Virus record (IMG/VR): IMGVR_UViG_3300050035_000086
Location: 28,953-92,952 of that record
Direction: 5' to 3' (one strand)
From: a virus
Length of the DNA: 64,000 nucleotides
The notes under the pieces were generated by a model, which saw only the letters and a list, made by a program, of their open reading frames with translations, made no database searches and had not been told where the DNA came from. Positions 60,652-64,000 of this stretch are shown in pieces; positions within the stretch are counted from its first letter, which is position 1, and each line of letters opens with the position of its first letter. Both the position numbers and the translations under genes were made by a program.

Positions 60652-63231
60652 CTTCTGCTCCTAAACCCCTCCGGTCGAGTTCGCTATACACTAGCTCACA
60701 CCATGAACCGAAGTTTATTCCGTTGTAGTCCCAGCCATCGTCGTCGATGTTATGCAGGAGAGCTACCCAAGTTTTGACCAATGCAGCATCGTCTAGCCCG
60801 TCCACGATCTTGGCCGCATTCTCCCATTTGCTGTGCGATAGGAGCGTCATTGTTTCCTCCTTGATTAATCTTTCCAAAGTTTCTTGATGAGGGAGTTGAT
60901 CTCCCCTTCGTTCAGGGGAGAAACTTCATCGAAGATTGGAGCATCTGTTGAAAGGTGGTGGTAGTTCCCATACTTGGGCCGAATCTCTTCCTGGAACAAA
61001 CGAAGAGAGTGAACGATGGTGTGTATCTCTGCTTTGGACAGCTTCATGTCTCCTCCTTGGTTAGTCCATTATCTGGACAGGTGCGTAATCCATCCGAAGG
61101 CAGCTAGCGTCAGAACAAAACCCCAGGCCGCAGCCCCAATTAACACAAGTTTAAACAACAAGTTCCAGAGGTTTTCGCGACGCCAGATTACGGACATAAA
61201 CAACAGGATACTTGTCGAAACCGCCAGATACATAGTCATTTCTTCCTCGCTTTCTTCTCCGCTGCTGTAGAGGCTTCTTGCGTCGTGGCTGTGAGCATTA
61301 AGCAAACGCCCTCGCGGAATTTTCCTCTTCCAATTTCAATCAGCAGGTAGCCGCTCCAGTAGTCTACTAATTCGTTGGTGGTCATTTCGGATAAGGGTTT
61401 CATCTGGCCCCCTTCTTGGCTTTCTTCTCCGCACGTTTCGCCGCTACAGCTTTCAGCACGGCGAGATTGTAAATCGAAGCGGGGGAAATGTCAAACGCTA
61501 CGCGCATTCCTTTGAGTCTTACCTTGACTCCGTATGGAGAGAACTCCATCATCACGGGTCTCAGCCGCCCACGCTCACGTACCGCGTCCGAGAATTCAAC
61601 CGATAGCCTCGTTTTGCGTTTGTCAAGCGCGGTCATTTGCACCCTCGGATAAGCAGGATCGTCACGAGAACCAAACCCCAAAAGAGGATACCCAGGATCA
61701 GGCCGTTTAGGATTCCGATAGCGGCGTCCATTGGGTTCTCGTGCTCCTCGACAGGCACGTACAGCGGGCTTCTGTCTGGGTCCCGGAAGCGGTCGTAGAC
61801 TTCGTTGGTGATACGTTCGGTGTCGGTCATTCTCTCTCCCCGTGTTGGTTGGGCATACTCAGGTTCCCAGTTTGGAGGTATCTCTCCAAGGCAGACCCGG
61901 AGCAGCGGACTCCGCAGAATATCACAGCACCCTCTCGCTTAGCAACCACCGGGTCATACGGAAGAAACGACAGCGCCGTGAGGTTTCCAGACGAGCGGCG
62001 GGAGGCCACAGTCGGGACCGCCAGAGAGTAGGCTCGTCCAGACAGAGGCCGGTGGCAGATTTTACAGTTCACTCGGCCTCCAATTCTTCAGAGTCGTAAG
62101 GCACGATCTCGTGGTTGCAAACCGGGCAGCGGTCGTCGCAAGCGCAGGACCATTCGTCGGACCAATCGGCAGCGGGTTCTTTGTCCGCGTATGGTGTGTC
62201 CTCATGGTCGCAGTGGTAGTGGTTGATAAAGCCTGTCTCGAAAGAACTCATTTTGTCCTCCTTCACTCCAATCAGTAGTAGCTCATCCGCACCATGCTTT
62301 CGCTGAGGGTCTGGAGTATGCGGACTTGGGGCAGGTTCGCCCCGTTGGTTAGTGGGTGCGCCGGTCAGGAAAAGGAACTTCAATCGTCTTTCCCCGGCTT
62401 TCGTTATGCCATTCTCCGATAGCCTTGCGGTTGGCTTTGTTCCGGAGGTTGGCCGCGTCCTTGACTGCTTGGCGTTGCCTCTTCTGTTCTGGTGAAGCCT
62501 GAGCGCGAAAGTCCGAAGTCAAGCTGTTTTCCTGCGCTGCTGGTTTCATGTTTCTTCTTTTAGAGCTTCTTGTGCTCTCTTAGCCGCTCGGCCTCTTTTA
62601 CCGCCTCCTATGCGGGGCGTTGGACCTGTCTCCGTTTCCTCAAGTTCGTCTATTGGCGAACTGCATTGTCAGTACGCGGAGAGACCATTTTCGGAAGCGG
62701 CTAAGGCAGCACACGCCGCCCGTCCATTATTCGGACCGTCTGGTTACGCCTTAAGTGTCACGTCCGGGTTCTCCAGGTACGACCGTGACACGGCGATCTT
62801 GGCTTGCAGTTGAACGCGTCGTTCGTTGCTGATTGCCTGAGTCAGTTCCAACTCAGCAGCCTCAATTTCAGACTTGAAAAACTCGGGAGTGTAGCGTGGT
62901 CCGTTCATTGTGCTCTCGTTTCTGTCCACTAGCTGGACTTGTTGAACTACAATCAGTGTAAACCAGTTTGGCTCGGAAGTCAAACTATTTCTGAAAAGTG
63001 TTTCCGACCGCACCCGCACCGATCAGAAACGCAGAGCGTGTGCTTTGACTTCTGACAGGCCGCGCAGATAAACGCGGGTTTCGGTTCCGCCGTGAGGACT
63101 TTTGCTTTGCCCCTAATCACGTCAGACAACGATCTGGCAGACAGAGAACGGGCAGAGGTCCGGCTTATGCGAGAGGGTACGCGGCTGTAGGCTTGGACTA
63201 GCATGTTACCGCTTCCCGCCACTCGGGCCAT
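60638..63231 (-). other. Cluster of small early hypothetical ORFs
   Basis: Closely packed 60-100 aa ORFs with GGAG RBSs. Confidence 0.5.
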
Positions 63232-63424
63232 TCGTCCCGGCGATGTATCCCATCCACCTCTCCCTGTTGAAGTTGGGGTTCTGCTGTTCGCAGAAGTCGG
63301 CCAGCGCTGCTACATGATCGTCACAAGCCCGGAACAGATTTGGGTCCCAGTTTTTGCCATAGCTGTTGCGGACCTGTTTTAGTGTGTCCGCTAGAGCTAT
63401 AAAGTCGCGTTTCGTCATTGCCAT
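63206..63424 (-). CDS. Conserved phage hypothetical protein
   Basis: MTKRDFIALAD...LADF....NPNFNRERW; AAGGAG RBS. Confidence 0.65.
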   Translation of the reverse strand: MAMTKRDFIALADTLKQVRNSYGKNWDPNLFRACDDHVAALADFCEQQNPNFNRERWMGYIAGTNGPSGGKR

Positions 63425-63486
63425 GTGTTCTCCTTTTCGGCTACTGCTAGCGGCTTTTGCCGCTTTCGACCGGGCCAAGGGTCTCG

Positions 63487-64000
63487 TCAGGCAGCTTCTA
63501 CGAACTTTCCTCCCTTCAAGGTGTAGAAGGTATCGGCCTTGATTTTCTTGCCGTCTACCTTGGTGGTTTTTGCTGTGAGGAGTTTGTATTCTCCGTTTAC
63601 GTACTTCCATTCCGCGAGGGTAAGATAGCACCCGAGAGCACCGGAAGCTTTTCCTTCAATGCCGGTATTGATCGCGAACCCGTTTTTGCCGGTGTTGGTG
63701 GCCGCGCTTCGGTCGCCGGTGTTGGTGGCTGCGCTTTGGTCGCCGGTGTTGGTGGCTGCGCTTTGGTATCCGGTGTTGGCGGCTGCGCTTTGGTCGCCGG
63801 TGTTGGTGGCTGCGCTTCGGTATCCGGTGTTGGTGGCTGCGCTTCGGTATCCGGTGTTGGTGGCTGCGCTTCGGTCGCCGGTGTTGGTGGCTGCGCTTTG
63901 GTTGCCGGTGTTGGCGGCTGCGCTTTGGTCGCCGGTGTTGGTGGCTGCGCTTCGGTATCCGGTGTTGGTGGCTGCGCTTTGGTCGCTGGTGTTGGTGGCT
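63487..64000 (-). CDS. Repeat-containing phage protein (DUF7666-like), 5' truncated, missing from the ORF track
   Basis: Hand translation: (TNTG[DYN][QR]SAA)n, then GIEGKASGALGCYLTLAEW...VDGKKIKADTFYTLKGGKFVEAA*. Confidence 0.75.
   Translation of the reverse strand, partial: ATNTSDQSAATNTGYRSAATNTGDQSAAANTGNQSAATNTGDRSAATNTGYRSAATNTGYRSAATNTGDQSAAANTGYQSAATNTGDQSAATNTGDRSAATNTGKNGFAINTGIEGKASGALGCYLTLAEWKYVNGEYKLLTAKTTKVDGKKIKADTFYTLKGGKFVEAA
63688..64000. repeat. 27-bp coding tandem repeat, about 11.5 units
   Basis: Unit ggtgttggtggctgcgctt(t/c)ggt(cg/at)cc; runs off the window end. Confidence 0.95.

Larger units (their letters stand above)
1494..62938. repeat. Dispersed 15-bp quasi-palindromic motif GTCCAGATAATGGAC / GTCCATTATCTGGAC, about 45 copies
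   Basis: Exact copies start at 11451, 12738, 22898, 46460, 53066, 57857 (GTCCAGATAATGGAC) and 17324, 20248, 24280, 26500, 27447, 32332, 43805, 49340, 53634, 61064 (reverse complement). Variants with 1-3 mismatches start at 1494, 7968, 16360, 18284, 21917, 25686, 27887, 32551, 33027, 33605, 34121, 35816, 37853, 39525, 39791, 40197, 42646, 47674, 50264, 52391, 52607, 54058, 54667, 56531, 58051, 58738, 59930, 62722, 62924. Counted by eye. Confidence 0.97.

Noticed and set aside
62550-62745. Possible tRNA or ncRNA in a low-coding gap with a short hairpin (AGTTCG...CGAACT)
   Set aside because: No cloverleaf or recognised RNA family could be built by eye.
1494-62938. 15-bp repeats as a CRISPR array or as IS/MITE ends
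   Set aside because: Copies are dispersed at irregular spacing in both orientations, lie in frame within genes, and show no spacers, target duplications or transposase.
63688-64000. Terminal tandem repeat as a CRISPR array
   Set aside because: Units are contiguous with no unique spacers and translate as an open 9-aa repeat.
1-64000. Stop-codon reassignment
   Set aside because: Conserved genes are full length under the standard code and end in TAA, TAG and TGA.

Overview
The window is a contiguous stretch of a tailed dsDNA phage genome, with no host housekeeping genes or RNA genes recognised. 1-17.3 kb (+ strand) is a podovirus-like virion module: adaptor, tail nozzle with glycan-binding inserts, tail fibre, holin-like protein, GNAT and several DNA-ejection proteins, including a 1696-aa HExxH-containing giant. 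A Mom-like DNA-modification gene and a cupin are inserted in it. After a convergent terminator at about 17.3 kb everything is on the - strand: nucleotide-metabolism enzymes, a sigma-like factor, beta clamp, primase-helicase, DUF1376 initiator, RecB-like nuclease, a UvrD helicase split into two genes, RtcB, SSB, RecT, clamp loader, nucleotidyltransferase, family A polymerase, a tyrosine recombinase, six endonuclease-family genes and many small ORFs. The most striking unexplained signal is a quasi-palindromic 15-bp element, GTCCA-GATAA-TGGAC. I counted by eye 16 exact copies and about 29 near-exact copies, in both orientations. It is strongly associated with translation starts and promoters and is also written into coding sequence, which suggests a genome-wide protein-binding (operator/stoperator-like) system. 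All product calls come from motif recognition by eye, not database searches.
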